This document shows, in pieces, positions 41,361 through 52,322 of a stretch of 54,286 nucleotides of DNA (the stretch's first letter is position 1; every line of letters starts with the position of its first letter). The DNA lies in assembly GCA_963523365.1 (NCBI GenBank), contig CAURCE010000001.1:1-54286 (forward strand), given 5' to 3'. Under the pieces are notes generated by a model that did not search any database, was not told the DNA's origin, and saw only the letters and a list, made by a program, of their open reading frames with translations. The stretch is from an uncultured Streptococcus sp. Lineage in GTDB: Bacteria; Bacillota; Bacilli; Lactobacillales; Streptococcaceae. Made by a program: the position numbers and the translations under genes.

Positions 41361-42562
41361 CCAACTTGCTCCTTAATAAAGTTCATAATCTCTTCCTTGC
41401 TATTTTCCAATTCTCCGTCGACAATGGCCAATTCAATTTTAGTCAGGATTTGTCCCAATTTTGGTCCGGTTTTAAAGCCATAATCTCGGATCAAATGACT
41501 ACCCGTCACCACAATCTCATGTTTGTCATGAATGATCAGAGCAGCATGTGTCGCTTCAATAACCTCAAACTCAACTGGTAAGCCTGCTGCCTGTCTCAAA
41601 CTTTCTGCCTGCAAAATCAAATCCAAATCATACTGATAGCAATCACGCTTAGAAAGACTCCGTTCCTGCCGAATCTCGTAAACAGCTACCAGCTGATTCA
41701 CTCGCTTTTGAAAGTCATTGGACGTCTTCCAATGTTTCAAAAACTTGCGAACATCTTTTACCTTCAAAGCTAGCAAAAGCGCAGCCCAAGCCTGCTCAGA
41801 ACTAGCAAATTGAAAATCTTCTTCTAAACCGTCTAGTAGTTCCTGCAAAGCTTCTGCTGAATGTTTCATATCAGGAAGAAAGTCGTAGGCAGCAGCTTTG
41901 AGCAGGCTCTCCAGACCTTTTCGCCAGAAAGGTGCCATCAAGAGCTTGTCAAACTCGATAAAAATCCGCTCTACCGATATCTTCTCCAAAAGCGGCGCGC
42001 AATCTGCCATAGCCTGAAAGGTCAACTCTTCCAAATCAAAGTCTAAACCAGCCTGAAAACGGAAACCCCGCATGATGCGGAGAGCATCTTCATTAAAACG
42101 CTCTGCGGCTACTCCGACTGCCCGAAGAGTGTGATTTTTCATATCTGCTAAACCATTAAAAAGGTCTACAATTTCTCCTTCTTGGTTTAAGGCAAGGGCA
42201 TTGATTGTGAAATCCCTGCGCTTCAAGTCTTCTTCCAAAGAGCGCACAAAAGAGACCTGACTAGGCCTGCGGTAGTCCACATAGACATCCTCAGTCCGAA
42301 AGGTCGTTATTTCGTATTCTCCCTGGCCTTCTAAGACCAGAACTGTTCCATGCTCAATGCCGACATCGACAGTCCGAGGAAAGATTGTTTTGATTTCCTC
42401 GGGATAGGCTGAGCTGGCAATATCTACATCGTGAATGGGCCGATTCAACAGAGCATCTCGTACAGAACCGCCGACAAAATAAGCCTCAAAACCAGCCTCT
42501 TTAATCTTCTCTAATACTGGCAAAGCCTCCTGAAACTCAGAAGGCATCTTCTCTAATCTCAT
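41357..42562 (-). CDS. cca: CCA tRNA nucleotidyltransferase
   Basis: [36 protein letters not shown]. Confidence 0.96.
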   Translation of the reverse strand: MRLEKMPSEFQEALPVLEKIKEAGFEAYFVGGSVRDALLNRPIHDVDIASSAYPEEIKTIFPRTVDVGIEHGTVLVLEGQGEYEITTFRTEDVYVDYRRPSQVSFVRSLEEDLKRRDFTINALALNQEGEIVDLFNGLADMKNHTLRAVGVAAERFNEDALRIMRGFRFQAGLDFDLEELTFQAMADCAPLLEKISVERIFIEFDKLLMAPFWRKGLESLLKAAAYDFLPDMKHSAEALQELLDGLEEDFQFASSEQAWAALLLALKVKDVRKFLKHWKTSNDFQKRVNQLVAVYEIRQERSLSKRDCYQYDLDLILQAESLRQAAGLPVEFEVIEATHAALIIHDKHEIVVTGSHLIRDYGFKTGPKLGQILTKIELAIVDGELENSKEEIMNFIKEQVG

Positions 42563-43326
42563 AGTAAATGTTCCAATCCATAGACCAATTCAGAGCGCTT
42601 GACTACCTCTTTGATACCCAGATTTACCCCAGTCATAAAGGAAACCCGGTCATAGGAGTCATGCCGCAAAGTCAGTCCTTCTCCTTGACTACCAAAGATA
42701 ACTTCCTGATGGGCCACCAAGCCAGGCAAACGCACTGAGTGAATCCGCATGCCGTCAAAGGCTGCCCCACGGGCACCAGCCAAGGATTCTTCCTCATCAG
42801 CTGCTCCCTGCTGCTTGCTCGTCCGAACTTTGCTGATCAATTCAGCTGTCTTGATAGCCGTACCGCTTGGTGCATCTTTTTTGTTGTCATGATGCAGTTC
42901 AATAATCTCAACATCTGAAAAATACTTGGCTGCTTGGGCTGCAAACTGCATAAGCAAAACAGCTCCCAGAGCAAAATTCGGCGCAATCAAACCGCCAAGA
43001 TTCTTTTGACGAGATAGTTGGGTCAATTCTTCAATCTGCTCAGGCGTAAAACCTGTCGTTCCGACCACTGGAGCAAATCCATTCTCAAGGGCAAAGCGAG
43101 TATTTTCATAAGCCACTTTGGGAGTCGTAAAGTCAATCCAAACATCCGCCTGAAGACCAGCTAGTCCTTCTTTTGTATTAAAAACTGGAACTCCCGCTAC
43201 TTCCTTTTCATCTGTAAAGGGATCTAGTAGACCGGCCAATGCCAACTCAGGATCTTCTGTTACCATTTTATAGGCTGCTTGTCCCATCTTTCCCTTGAAA
43301 CCAGCAATAATGACTTTTATACTCAT
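42559..43326 (-). CDS. dapB: 4-hydroxy-tetrahydrodipicolinate reductase
   Basis: [28 protein letters not shown]. Confidence 0.97.
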   Translation of the reverse strand: MSIKVIIAGFKGKMGQAAYKMVTEDPELALAGLLDPFTDEKEVAGVPVFNTKEGLAGLQADVWIDFTTPKVAYENTRFALENGFAPVVGTTGFTPEQIEELTQLSRQKNLGGLIAPNFALGAVLLMQFAAQAAKYFSDVEIIELHHDNKKDAPSGTAIKTAELISKVRTSKQQGAADEEESLAGARGAAFDGMRIHSVRLPGLVAHQEVIFGSQGEGLTLRHDSYDRVSFMTGVNLGIKEVVKRSELVYGLEHLL

Positions 43327-43368
43327 CTAGAACCTCTCTCTATTCTTGACTAACCGCTCTGGCAAATT

Positions 43369-44217
43369 CTAGACCAGCGGAATGTAGGCCAAAGCGACAC
43401 TACCCTCGCCCAAGTGAGTTCCAATCACACTACCAAAGGTAGCCAGAGGAATATCGTCCGCTATGCCAGCCGCTATCAGCTGCTGACGTAAGCTTTCTGC
43501 CTTCTCTTCAGCATTCCCGTGAATCACCATGACTTGATAGGAAGCAGAGGCAGTTTTTTCCTCTACTACTTCAATCAATCTCTTAATCGCTTTCTTTTCT
43601 GTCCGAATCTTTTCAAAAACTTCAATGACACCTGCATCGTTAAAATACAGAATCGGCTTGATACTTAGGAGATTTCCCAAAATAGCTGCGCCATTGGACA
43701 AGCGACCGCCCTTAACCAGATGATTGAGATCGTCAACCATGATAAAGGCGCTGGTTCCATCGATTTGTCGTTGAATCTTGAGCAAAATCTCTTCAAAATC
43801 CTGTCCTTCCGCAGCCCAAGTTAAAGCATTTTCAACCATGAGCCCCAGCGGAGCACTGGTGATTTTTGAATCAGGGAAGGCGATTTTCAAGTCAGGAAAC
43901 TCGTCCTTGAGATACTGGATATTTTGATAAAATCCTGAAATACCACTGGATAAAAAGAGCCCTAGTACATGCGTGTAATCCTCGCCAGCAAGGCGCGTTA
44001 ACGTCTCCTCCAACTCTGCCACACTAGGCTGACTTGTCTTTGGCAAATCATCTGCAACAGCCATTTTTTCATAAAAGTCACTGGCTGTCAGATTTTTTCT
44101 TTCCACATAAGTCTCTCCAGCAATCACTACTGGAATATCGAGCACAAAAAGATGGTCATTTCCACGAAGGCTATCCGGTAAAAAAGCGGACGAATCCGTT
44201 ATAACCGCTAATTTCAT
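43369..44217 (-). CDS. DegV-family fatty acid-binding protein (FakB1 type)
   Basis: ITDSS, PKTSQPS, LSSGISG, KGGRL, GTHLG. Confidence 0.92.
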   Translation of the reverse strand: MKLAVITDSSAFLPDSLRGNDHLFVLDIPVVIAGETYVERKNLTASDFYEKMAVADDLPKTSQPSVAELEETLTRLAGEDYTHVLGLFLSSGISGFYQNIQYLKDEFPDLKIAFPDSKITSAPLGLMVENALTWAAEGQDFEEILLKIQRQIDGTSAFIMVDDLNHLVKGGRLSNGAAILGNLLSIKPILYFNDAGVIEVFEKIRTEKKAIKRLIEVVEEKTASASYQVMVIHGNAEEKAESLRQQLIAAGIADDIPLATFGSVIGTHLGEGSVALAYIPLV

Positions 44218-44219
44218 CA

Positions 44220-44594
44220 TTAGAACTCCAAATTAATACCTGGCAAATCTAGCGCAATCTCAGTCACTTCATAAGTCAAGCGATTGAGCATAGTCAAACA
44301 AGGACGCGCCAATTCTTCCACTTCTTCATGCTCAAACTCACTAGGTTCCTGCACCAAACGTCCTTGAATATGATTTGTCTGTGTAATCGTTCCACTAATT
44401 ACAAAACTATCAAACACAATCATGAAGGTCAAAATCACAATCATGGATGTTGAATTCTTTTCTTCATTTCTTTCAATCAGCTGAAAATTCACATCAACTT
44501 TTGTTTCAGGTGTTCCATTTTCTTTTTCCCATTCAAAATTGCGTGCATCAAAATGATACTGGCTGACAAATTCTTGTTCACGTTGTAATTCCAT
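44220..44594 (-). CDS. DUF1149 family protein
   Basis: [12 protein letters not shown]...[19 protein letters not shown]; start reset to 44594 after AGGAG. Confidence 0.85.
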   Translation of the reverse strand: MELQREQEFVSQYHFDARNFEWEKENGTPETKVDVNFQLIERNEEKNSTSMIVILTFMIVFDSFVISGTITQTNHIQGRLVQEPSEFEHEEVEELARPCLTMLNRLTYEVTEIALDLPGINLEF

Positions 44595-44745
44595 TACTAT
44601 TCTCCTAAAAATATACGATAGTCCATTATAACATAATTTAAGGAAAGTTTCTATGTAAAAAAGGAGCCTACCCAACAAATAGATAAAAAACTTCTCCTAA
44701 CATTGCACAAGTGTAAGCAAATCTTTAATTTAGCATTTTTAAATA

Positions 44746-45130
44746 AGTTTTATTGCGCAAGATTTCAATTCAAGAAAGATTATAACTACCTTAGATGGAT
44801 GTGCTCAAGTAACTACTTGTAATTGATTTCGGCGCTATTCCAGACTGGTTCGAAACGGACTTATAGTTATTGCCATGAGTATACTACAACATAGCTAAGG
44901 ATCTCTTTCTTTCTGCTTAAATTGTCCTCGATCGCTTTCACATGTACAACACCTAAATCAGACTATGGACTGCCTTCACATCCAAATCATGAAACAATTT
45001 GATCAAAAATCTCGCGATTACAAGACAATAAAACGATGCTGGAAACTCATCTAGCAAGATAGTCAAAAACTAAGCAATAAACGTTTTTATCGCCTATCCT
45101 TTCCTATGTATTGATCAATAAAGAAATCAA
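44746..45130 (+). mobile_element. Decayed ISL3-family (IS1167-like) transposase fragment
   Basis: Plus-strand pieces read SFIAQDF...IITTLDG, YYNIAKDLF, IVLDRFH, IQIMKQF, KRCWKLI*QDSQKLSNKRFYR, with stops and frameshifts; no terminal IRs seen. Confidence 0.85.
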
Positions 45131-45271
45131 TGTTAACTAACATCACCCAGCTACAAGTTAACAAAGAACCAAAAAGCCTTAGTTCTGTATTGTACAAAAC
45201 CAAGGCTTCTTCTTACATGACTTATGTCACTTTCGAAAAAGCAAGTAAAACTTACTTTATCCATGACTCTA

Positions 45272-46663
45272 TTAGTCTTTTTTCTTAGCACTAATAGTCA
45301 ATCCTGAAGCTACTGCAACTAATGCTACTCCAACTACAGCCAAGCCTGAAGAAACTTGCTCCCCAGTTTTTGGTAATTCAGCCACCTTATTAGAAATTGA
45401 TGTAGTATGATAAACTGGCTTCGTACTTCCAATAGGTTTCGCTACTGTAGGAGCTGGAGCTTTTTGCTTAAGTACGACATGTGCTTCTGCCAAGAAGTCA
45501 TATTTCTCTGTCACAATGCGGTAAACACGTCCTTCTTGGACAGTCTTAACAACATGATTTGTAAAATCACGATTTAAAAGACTAGAAAATTCTTGACGGA
45601 TATCAAGGTAAAGACCTTTTGTTCCTTCAACTAGAGGTTTAAAAGTCGTTTTTTCGTATGTTACACCCACAACCGATAGGGAAATATCAGCCGCTTTAAG
45701 AGCTTTCAGAGTTTCTTCTACTGTTGGAATACCTGGAGTACTGAAATCAATACTTTCATCAGTAATCAAGAAAGCAAAACGACGATTATTAGAAGCTGTA
45801 GACCAATCGTAATCTTTTGAAGTTGCAATATGATGAAGAGGGGCTGTAGGCTCTTCTGTTCCACCGCCTGTTTGAATAGATCTAAGAGCCTTAATATACT
45901 CTTCTACATTCTTAGTGAATTTAGACCCATTAAAATCGAAATATTGAACATCCTTAGCAGACTCATACGCGATTAAGCCAAGACGAGCATCAACCTTTTT
46001 ACTAGCTAAATCACGGACAAAAGCCTCAATATTTTGCATAACATTCTGAATAGATGAACCCATTGAACCTGACTTATCAATAGTAAAAACGATGTCAGCA
46101 GAACCAGACGATTGCTTCGTAATTGTCACATCTGCTTCTTTCATCACTTTTTCAAATGTTGTCTTCTTGATGGTCTGAGTAACATCAGCTACATACTCAT
46201 CCGTATCAACATGATCGGTAACTGTCTTTGATGTAGCAACTGGCGCTTTTTCTCCAACAGCAGTTCCTTTAGCAGCTACACTAGTTGTCTCAACACTCAC
46301 AGAAGCCTCTGCTTTAGCAACAGCTTCTGTACCAGCTTCATTTTCTTTCGTATCCACTTTGACATCAGTAGAAGTAGTAGATACTTTCACTACATCACCA
46401 GGTTTAGCCTTATCAATTGGCACTACTGGAGTACTAACCTTTTCTTGAATCTCTTTGGCTGTCTCAGAAAGTTGTTGATTAGCCTGAGTTGTTTTAGCAG
46501 CAAGTTCATTTGAGCTTACTTGAGCTAGCTCATTAGCAGCTTGACTTGGCTTATTTACCTCATCAGCATCAGCTTGTGTAACTGCTGTAAAAACAGATGC
46601 TAGGGCAACTGAAAATAAAACAGATTTGCATTTCCAAAATAAAGAACGCTTCTTATTTTTCAT
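45272..46663 (-). CDS. LPXTG-anchored surface protein with a vWA domain
   Basis: Signal peptide; DIVFTIDKSGSM MIDAS motif, GGGTE, FLITDE; LPKTG, TM and KKKD. Confidence 0.9.
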   Translation of the reverse strand: MKNKKRSLFWKCKSVLFSVALASVFTAVTQADADEVNKPSQAANELAQVSSNELAAKTTQANQQLSETAKEIQEKVSTPVVPIDKAKPGDVVKVSTTSTDVKVDTKENEAGTEAVAKAEASVSVETTSVAAKGTAVGEKAPVATSKTVTDHVDTDEYVADVTQTIKKTTFEKVMKEADVTITKQSSGSADIVFTIDKSGSMGSSIQNVMQNIEAFVRDLASKKVDARLGLIAYESAKDVQYFDFNGSKFTKNVEEYIKALRSIQTGGGTEEPTAPLHHIATSKDYDWSTASNNRRFAFLITDESIDFSTPGIPTVEETLKALKAADISLSVVGVTYEKTTFKPLVEGTKGLYLDIRQEFSSLLNRDFTNHVVKTVQEGRVYRIVTEKYDFLAEAHVVLKQKAPAPTVAKPIGSTKPVYHTTSISNKVAELPKTGEQVSSGLAVVGVALVAVASGLTISAKKKD

Positions 46664-46693
46664 AAATATTCTCCTTTAATAAATTTTGATTAT

Positions 46694-46722
46694 ATTATAT
46701 CAATATCAAGGGAATTTGTCAA
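46694..46722 (-). promoter_or_regulatory. Consensus SigA promoter of the vWA-LPXTG gene
   Basis: Minus strand TTGACA-N17-TATAAT with TG extension. Confidence 0.8.
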
Positions 46723-46952
46723 ATATGATCTAATGTTCGGAACAACTTGCTATATTTACTAAAATCAGATTCTAGATTCTCTTTGGTAACAAATTCAATT
46801 CTTGAAATTATTTTCAAAACATGGTATAGATATTAATCCAAAGAACGCTTCTTATTTTATTTCTGTAAGTAAAGTTTTTATCAAGATTTCATTTCCTTTT
46901 ATTTCACCTAACAATGAGACCTCTGCCTATCAAGATTCTTTTTGCATATGTT

Positions 46953-48914
46953 TTATTTTTCCAGTGGTTTACGCAAATATCCGAAAAGAATACCGCTGAC
47001 AACTGCACCAATCAAGACATACACAAGGTAAAGGATTGGGTTGTTAGTCAAACCGATAACGAAGATTCCTCCGTGAGGAGCCATAAGTTTGATGCCAGAC
47101 AGACCGACAAGTGCACCGGTGAGAGCTGAACCTACGATAAAACTTGGAATTGCACGGGCTGGGTCAGCAGCTCCAAAAGGAATCGCACCTTCTGTGATGA
47201 AAGAAAGCCCCATGACGATATTTGTCAAACCAGAATCACGTTCTTCAGTAGTAAATTTATCTTTGAAAAGTAGAGTTGCAACAAATACTGCAAGCGGTGG
47301 AACCATACCGGCTGCCATAACCGCTGCCATGACTGGAGAACCACCAGTTGAAACAGTACTTGCCAGCGTACTTGTACCAAATACATAAGCTGCTTTGTTG
47401 ACTGGTCCACCCATATCGACCGCCATCATACCACCAACTAAGAGACCGAGAAGAACTGCAGAGCTTCCGCTCAAACTAGCAAGGAAATCGTTGAGGGCTG
47501 TATTGATTGCTGACATGGGGATATTAACTGCCAGCATAAGGAAGCCAGTCACAAGAACACCAAGAAGTGGCAAGAGCAAGATGGAGCGGATACCTTCAAG
47601 TGAGCGAGGCAGAGCTGCAAGTAATTTGCGAAGGACTAAAATCACACCACCAGCTAAGAAACCACCGACCAGAGCTCCAAGGAAACCAGATGATACACCC
47701 GCTAGAGAGAGTGTCTTCTCACCACCTGCAGCATAGGCAACACCACCAAATGATGCGCCACTGCTCGCAATTGCACCGGCTACGAAACCAGAAACCAAAC
47801 CTGGCTTTTCAGCGATTGAGTAGGCGATATAACCAGCCAATACTGGCAACATGAAGCCAAAGGCTGCACCACCAATTGCCTTAAATTGAGCCGCAATTTC
47901 ATGATAGCTTCCCAGATTAGAAAGCTGATCCTTTGGCACACCTAAGATCTGATCCAGCAAGAAGGCAATGGCAATCATAATCCCGCCGCCAATAACGAAT
48001 GGCAACATTTGAGAAACACCGCTCATCAAGTGCTTGTAAAAAGCGCCTCCCAAGCTAAGTTTTCCATTGCTGCTAGCTACTGCAGCGCCACCATTAGCAG
48101 CCTTGTAAACTTCAGCATTGCCAGAAAGAGCCAGATTGATGAGTTCTTCTGTCTTGCGAATACCGTCTGCAACCGGGCGACTGACTAAAGGTTTGCCGTC
48201 AAAACGATCCATTTCAACAGCCTTGTCTGCTGCGATGATGACTGCTTTAGCTTTTTTGATGTCTTCTGCTGTTAGTTTGTTGCCAACACCACTGGCACCG
48301 TTAGTTTCAACCTTGATACCAACGCCCATTTCAGCAGCCACTTTTTGAAGAGATTCTTGGGCCATGTAAGTGTGAGCAATTCCTGTTGTACAAGCTGTAA
48401 CGGCTACGAGGAAATCACCAGATTCGTTGGCAGGAGCAACAGTTGCCGGTTCAGCTGCCTTTTCAGACGCTTGGTCAAAGAGAGCGATAACCTCATCTGG
48501 TGAAGATACTTTACGTAATTTGTCAGCAAAACCGTCTTTCATCAAGTATTGAGACAATTCTGCTAGGGCTGCCAAGTGAGTATCGTTAGCACCTTCTGGA
48601 GCTGCAATCATGAAGAAGAGGTCAGTTGGCTGACCATCCAAACTTTCATAGTCAACCCCCTTGTTTGACTTAGCAAAGAGAACCGTTGCTTCTTTGACAG
48701 CAGAGTTTTTGCTGTGAGGCATAGCAATCCCCTCACCCAAACCAGTTGAAGTCAAAGCTTCACGCGCTAAGATTCCTTCTTTACAAGTTTCGAAATCCGT
48801 CACATAACCGTGATCGACCAAGCTTTTAATCATCTCTTCGATGACAGCTGTTTTTTCAGTTGCCTGCAAATCCAGCAACATGACATCTTTTCTCAATAGG
48901 TCTTGAATTTTCAT
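46953..48914 (-). CDS. fruA: PTS fructose transporter subunit IIABC
   Basis: GIAMPH (IIA), TACTTGIAHTYMA (IIB), DMGGPVNK and FITEGAIPF (IIC). Confidence 0.96.
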   Translation of the reverse strand: MKIQDLLRKDVMLLDLQATEKTAVIEEMIKSLVDHGYVTDFETCKEGILAREALTSTGLGEGIAMPHSKNSAVKEATVLFAKSNKGVDYESLDGQPTDLFFMIAAPEGANDTHLAALAELSQYLMKDGFADKLRKVSSPDEVIALFDQASEKAAEPATVAPANESGDFLVAVTACTTGIAHTYMAQESLQKVAAEMGVGIKVETNGASGVGNKLTAEDIKKAKAVIIAADKAVEMDRFDGKPLVSRPVADGIRKTEELINLALSGNAEVYKAANGGAAVASSNGKLSLGGAFYKHLMSGVSQMLPFVIGGGIMIAIAFLLDQILGVPKDQLSNLGSYHEIAAQFKAIGGAAFGFMLPVLAGYIAYSIAEKPGLVSGFVAGAIASSGASFGGVAYAAGGEKTLSLAGVSSGFLGALVGGFLAGGVILVLRKLLAALPRSLEGIRSILLLPLLGVLVTGFLMLAVNIPMSAINTALNDFLASLSGSSAVLLGLLVGGMMAVDMGGPVNKAAYVFGTSTLASTVSTGGSPVMAAVMAAGMVPPLAVFVATLLFKDKFTTEERDSGLTNIVMGLSFITEGAIPFGAADPARAIPSFIVGSALTGALVGLSGIKLMAPHGGIFVIGLTNNPILYLVYVLIGAVVSGILFGYLRKPLEK

Positions 48915-49822
48915 CGTTTTTCTACCTCAACTTTTTCATATGTTTCTTTAATAAATTCCGCTGTTGCCAAGTCATCCGAGAAGGTAGTTGCTGTTCCACA
49001 AGCTACTCCCCATTTGAAGGCTTCTACTGCATCTTTGGATTTGACAAATTCACCTGTAAATCCGGCAACCATAGAGTCGCCAGCTCCCACTGAATTTTTC
49101 ACAGTTCCCTTGATGGGTTTAGCGAAGTATGCTCCCTCAGATGTGACAAGAAGTGCACCGTCGCCAGCCATGGAGATAATGACGTTCTGAGCACCTTTGG
49201 CCAGTAACTCACGAGCGTATTTCTCGATTTCGTCTAAGCTTTCCAGTTTCACTCCAAAGATAGCTCCAAGTTCATGATTATTTGGTTTGACCAAAAGTGG
49301 CTGGTAGTCCAAACTATCAATCAAGGTCTGTCCTTCAAAGTCACAAACCACTTGCGCACCAGTCTGGCGCGTCAAGGCAATCAGCTCCTTGTAGATGACA
49401 TTTCCCAAGTTCTTAGCACTTGAACCCGCAAATACAACCGTATCTTCTGCTGTCAAACTAGATAAAATTGCTTTTAATTCTTCTAGCTGAGCTGGTTCAA
49501 CATTTGGACCCGTTCCATTGATTTCTGTTTCTTGGTCTGCTTTGATTTTAACATTGATACGCGTATCTTCTGCCACTTGGACAAAACGAGTTTCGATTTC
49601 TTCTTCTGCCAAAGTGTCTGTGATAAATTTACCAGTAAAGCCTCCGATAAATCCAGTCGCTGTATTTGGAATACCCAAGCGTTTCAAAACACGACTGACA
49701 TTGATTCCTTTCCCACCAGCAAACTTATCATCACTGTCCATACGATTGACACTACCGACTTGAACTTGGTCCAAACGAACGATATAGTCAATGGAAGGAT
49801 TGAGTGTGACTGTATAAATCAT
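48911..49822 (-). CDS. fruK: 1-phosphofructokinase
   Basis: TVTLNPSIDY, GGKGINVS, KPNNHEL, SVGAGDSMVAG. Confidence 0.96.
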   Translation of the reverse strand: MIYTVTLNPSIDYIVRLDQVQVGSVNRMDSDDKFAGGKGINVSRVLKRLGIPNTATGFIGGFTGKFITDTLAEEEIETRFVQVAEDTRINVKIKADQETEINGTGPNVEPAQLEELKAILSSLTAEDTVVFAGSSAKNLGNVIYKELIALTRQTGAQVVCDFEGQTLIDSLDYQPLLVKPNNHELGAIFGVKLESLDEIEKYARELLAKGAQNVIISMAGDGALLVTSEGAYFAKPIKGTVKNSVGAGDSMVAGFTGEFVKSKDAVEAFKWGVACGTATTFSDDLATAEFIKETYEKVEVEKR

Positions 49823-50562
49823 GCTTCTATTACCTCCGTTTTTTCTTTAATCTTTTGAATCACTTCAGATTCTGTCTGGTTTGTAATGAGCCTTGCGCGC
49901 GATATCGGGGCCACTTTTGCAAAAGATGTCTGACCTAACTTTGAGGCATCGGCCAAAACATAGGTTCTCTTGGCATTTTCGAGAATAGCGCGTTTCACTG
50001 TTCCTTCTTCCATATCCGGAGTCGTGAAAAATCCATCGTCAATTCCATTCATTCCGATAAAAGCCTTGTCAAAATTTAGCTGTCCGATTTGATTTAGAGC
50101 TACACCACCAATACTAGCATCTGTCGAGCGTTTCACGACACCGCCAATAATCACTGTGGGAATATTGCGCTCCACCAGCTTAGTCGCATGGTGGATAGAA
50201 TTGGTCACCACCGTCACGCTCGGATCGTGCAATTCATTGACTAAGAGTTCATTGGTCGTCCCTGCATCAATAAAAATGACATCGTATTCTTGAATCAAGC
50301 TGGCTGCTTTTTGAGCGATCCTGGTTTTTTCTTGAATGTTTTTGATAGATTTTTCTTGATTGCTTTCTTCCTCCTGCAAGAAATGAAGACTCTCTGCACC
50401 ACCATGCACACGCCTCAACTTCCGCTCGCTTTCAAGCTCATCTAAATCTCTTCTAACAGTTGATTCTGAAGTGTCTAAAGCTTTTACTAGATACTCTAAA
50501 GAAACAAATTTATCTTTCATAACTTTCTCGAGAATCAGCTGCTTTCTTTTCGACTTCAGCAT
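49819..50562 (-). CDS. fruR: DeoR-family fructose repressor
   Basis: SESTVRRDL, RVHGGA, FIDAGTT; first gene of the fru operon; start reset to 50562. Confidence 0.94.
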   Translation of the reverse strand: MLKSKRKQLILEKVMKDKFVSLEYLVKALDTSESTVRRDLDELESERKLRRVHGGAESLHFLQEEESNQEKSIKNIQEKTRIAQKAASLIQEYDVIFIDAGTTNELLVNELHDPSVTVVTNSIHHATKLVERNIPTVIIGGVVKRSTDASIGGVALNQIGQLNFDKAFIGMNGIDDGFFTTPDMEEGTVKRAILENAKRTYVLADASKLGQTSFAKVAPISRARLITNQTESEVIQKIKEKTEVIEA

Positions 50563-50575
50563 AGAATACCTCCTC

Positions 50576-50589
50576 TGCAATCGATTACA
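50576..50589. promoter_or_regulatory. CcpA cre site downstream of the fru promoter
   Basis: TGTAATCGATTGCA (minus strand) between the -10 and the RBS. Confidence 0.75.
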
Positions 50590-50594
50590 GTTCT

Positions 50595-50655
50595 ATTATA
50601 CAAGATTAAATTCCAAAGTCAAGCATTTTCTATCATTTTCTATCAAAACAAATCA
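50595..50655 (-). promoter_or_regulatory. fru promoter with FruR-type 10-bp tandem repeats
   Basis: TTGACT-N16-TATAAT; repeats TGATTTGTTT TGATAGAAAA TGATAGAAAA TGCTTGACTT run into the -35. Confidence 0.75.
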
Positions 50656-50707
50656 TTTGTTTGAATATAGAAAAAAGAAGCCTGTTAGACTTCTTTTAGT
50701 TCCTTTA

Positions 50708-51679
50708 TTACCTTGAACTGATATAGACAAAAAGGATCGGTAAAAAGGCAGCAAGTACACATAAGATCGAAAATACCCAGAACCAGACTGATTTAAGAGC
50801 TTGCTTATATGTTCCCGGCTGAGATCTATTTTCAGTAATATAAGCTTTAATTTTCGACCTATTTAGGATGAGTACAATCAATACTACCGTTGTTCCTACA
50901 GTCATCAATCCATAATTTATGAGATTCACGATACTTTCTGGAATATAGTTGGTCAGGAAATCAAGCCCCTCTGCGATAACCAAATTATTGAAAATATGGA
51001 AGAAGATCACCCAGAAAATAGAATATTCAAAAGCGATGTAACCAAATCCCAGACCAATCATAGCAGCAAAATAGAGCTGATAGAGATTTTCATGAAACAG
51101 TCCGAAAAGAAGAGCCGTCATGACAATGGCAAATACTTTTCCGTGCTTTTCCAAAGCTCGCAAGCCTGCTCCCCGAAAAATAATCTCCTCTGTAATCGGT
51201 GCCATGATGGTGGTATAGATAAACATGGTGATTGAATGAGAGCTAAAATCTTGGGATAAAATTTCAGAAAGATCCAAACCAAAGAGAGACAAAATAGCAT
51301 TCATGATTTGACTTGTCACAGTACTAAACAGCTGAGAGAAAAACAAAAAACAAATCATGAAGAAGAAGACTTTGGCTGTCATTTTCTTATTTTTCTTGCG
51401 CAAATCTCGAGTGAAAAGCCGCTTGCCTCTGAAAATCGTGAAAATAAGCACTCCCAAACAAGAAGCGATAATGTAGGAACCACCATCTTTATCCATAAAA
51501 CTTTTTACAAATTCCTCAGTCTTACCTATATCAAAGCCCTGCTGAAAAAGAACAAAGAAATAGGAAAAGACAGTATAAAGTATGACAACCACTAGCATCA
51601 CGATAGAATAAGTGAAGCAGCTTGCTGAAAATCTCCCCAGATCTTTCTTGGGATTTAAAGGCTCAGGTAACGTATTCAT
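50708..51679 (-). CDS. CPBP (CAAX/Abi) family intramembrane metalloprotease
   Basis: APITEEIIFRG, LFGLFH, FHIFNN motifs; multi-TM. Confidence 0.9.
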   Translation of the reverse strand: MNTLPEPLNPKKDLGRFSASCFTYSIVMLVVVILYTVFSYFFVLFQQGFDIGKTEEFVKSFMDKDGGSYIIASCLGVLIFTIFRGKRLFTRDLRKKNKKMTAKVFFFMICFLFFSQLFSTVTSQIMNAILSLFGLDLSEILSQDFSSHSITMFIYTTIMAPITEEIIFRGAGLRALEKHGKVFAIVMTALLFGLFHENLYQLYFAAMIGLGFGYIAFEYSIFWVIFFHIFNNLVIAEGLDFLTNYIPESIVNLINYGLMTVGTTVVLIVLILNRSKIKAYITENRSQPGTYKQALKSVWFWVFSILCVLAAFLPILFVYISSR

Positions 51680-51695
51680 AAATTCTCCTTTGTTA

Positions 51696-52322
51696 TTATT
51701 GACTACGAGTCTTTCTACTGAAAAAATACAAGCTTAAAAAGATTCCTTCGTAAAGAAGAGCAAAAAGAATAAAGGCGTGCATGAAAAATTCTTCTGGCAA
51801 AATCCAGATGACTGGATCCTTGGCTGGATCAAACAACCATGTATTATCTCCCACAAAAAGTACTTGATGAAAGAGCGTGAAAAAACTGTTAAAACCAATC
51901 AAGCCAGCCAAGCAAATCATGACAAATGGCAATACGCTCAAGATAAATAAGCTTCTTTGATAAAGAGCTAAAAATCCTTTTTTGACCACTTTTTTGATAA
52001 AGAAAATCAAAGACGGCAAGGTTAGCAGAAAGACAGCCTGTGCCAAGTGGAAAAGATACTTGACTGCCTGAAAATGATGCAGACCTGCTGCTGACGAGCG
52101 AAAATCCGGCATCGACAGCTTCTGACTAAAAGGATTTGTCAAGTAATTCATCAAAATGTTGGAATTATACTGGATGGTCTCTGCTTTCAAATGAACCTTA
52201 TCGGGCAAAGCGAAATAGGAAATTTCCAGCGGGTAAAACAACCAAGCTAGGTAAATGGTCAACAGGATAGCTACTGCCAGCAAGCACAAGACACTGGCTG
52301 AAAATCTCAACTTATCACGCAT
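51696..52322 (-). CDS. TIGR01906 family membrane protein
   Basis: [37 protein letters not shown]. Confidence 0.85.
   Translation of the reverse strand: MRDKLRFSASVLCLLAVAILLTIYLAWLFYPLEISYFALPDKVHLKAETIQYNSNILMNYLTNPFSQKLSMPDFRSSAAGLHHFQAVKYLFHLAQAVFLLTLPSLIFFIKKVVKKGFLALYQRSLFILSVLPFVMICLAGLIGFNSFFTLFHQVLFVGDNTWLFDPAKDPVIWILPEEFFMHAFILFALLYEGIFLSLYFFSRKTRSQ

Noticed and set aside
46802..46999. 65-aa plus-strand ORF downstream of fruA
   Set aside because: TTG start without RBS, overlaps the fruA 3' end and shows no recognisable features.
50708..51679. CPBP protease as part of a bacteriocin locus
   Set aside because: No double-glycine peptide, transporter or peptide-sensing regulator is adjacent.
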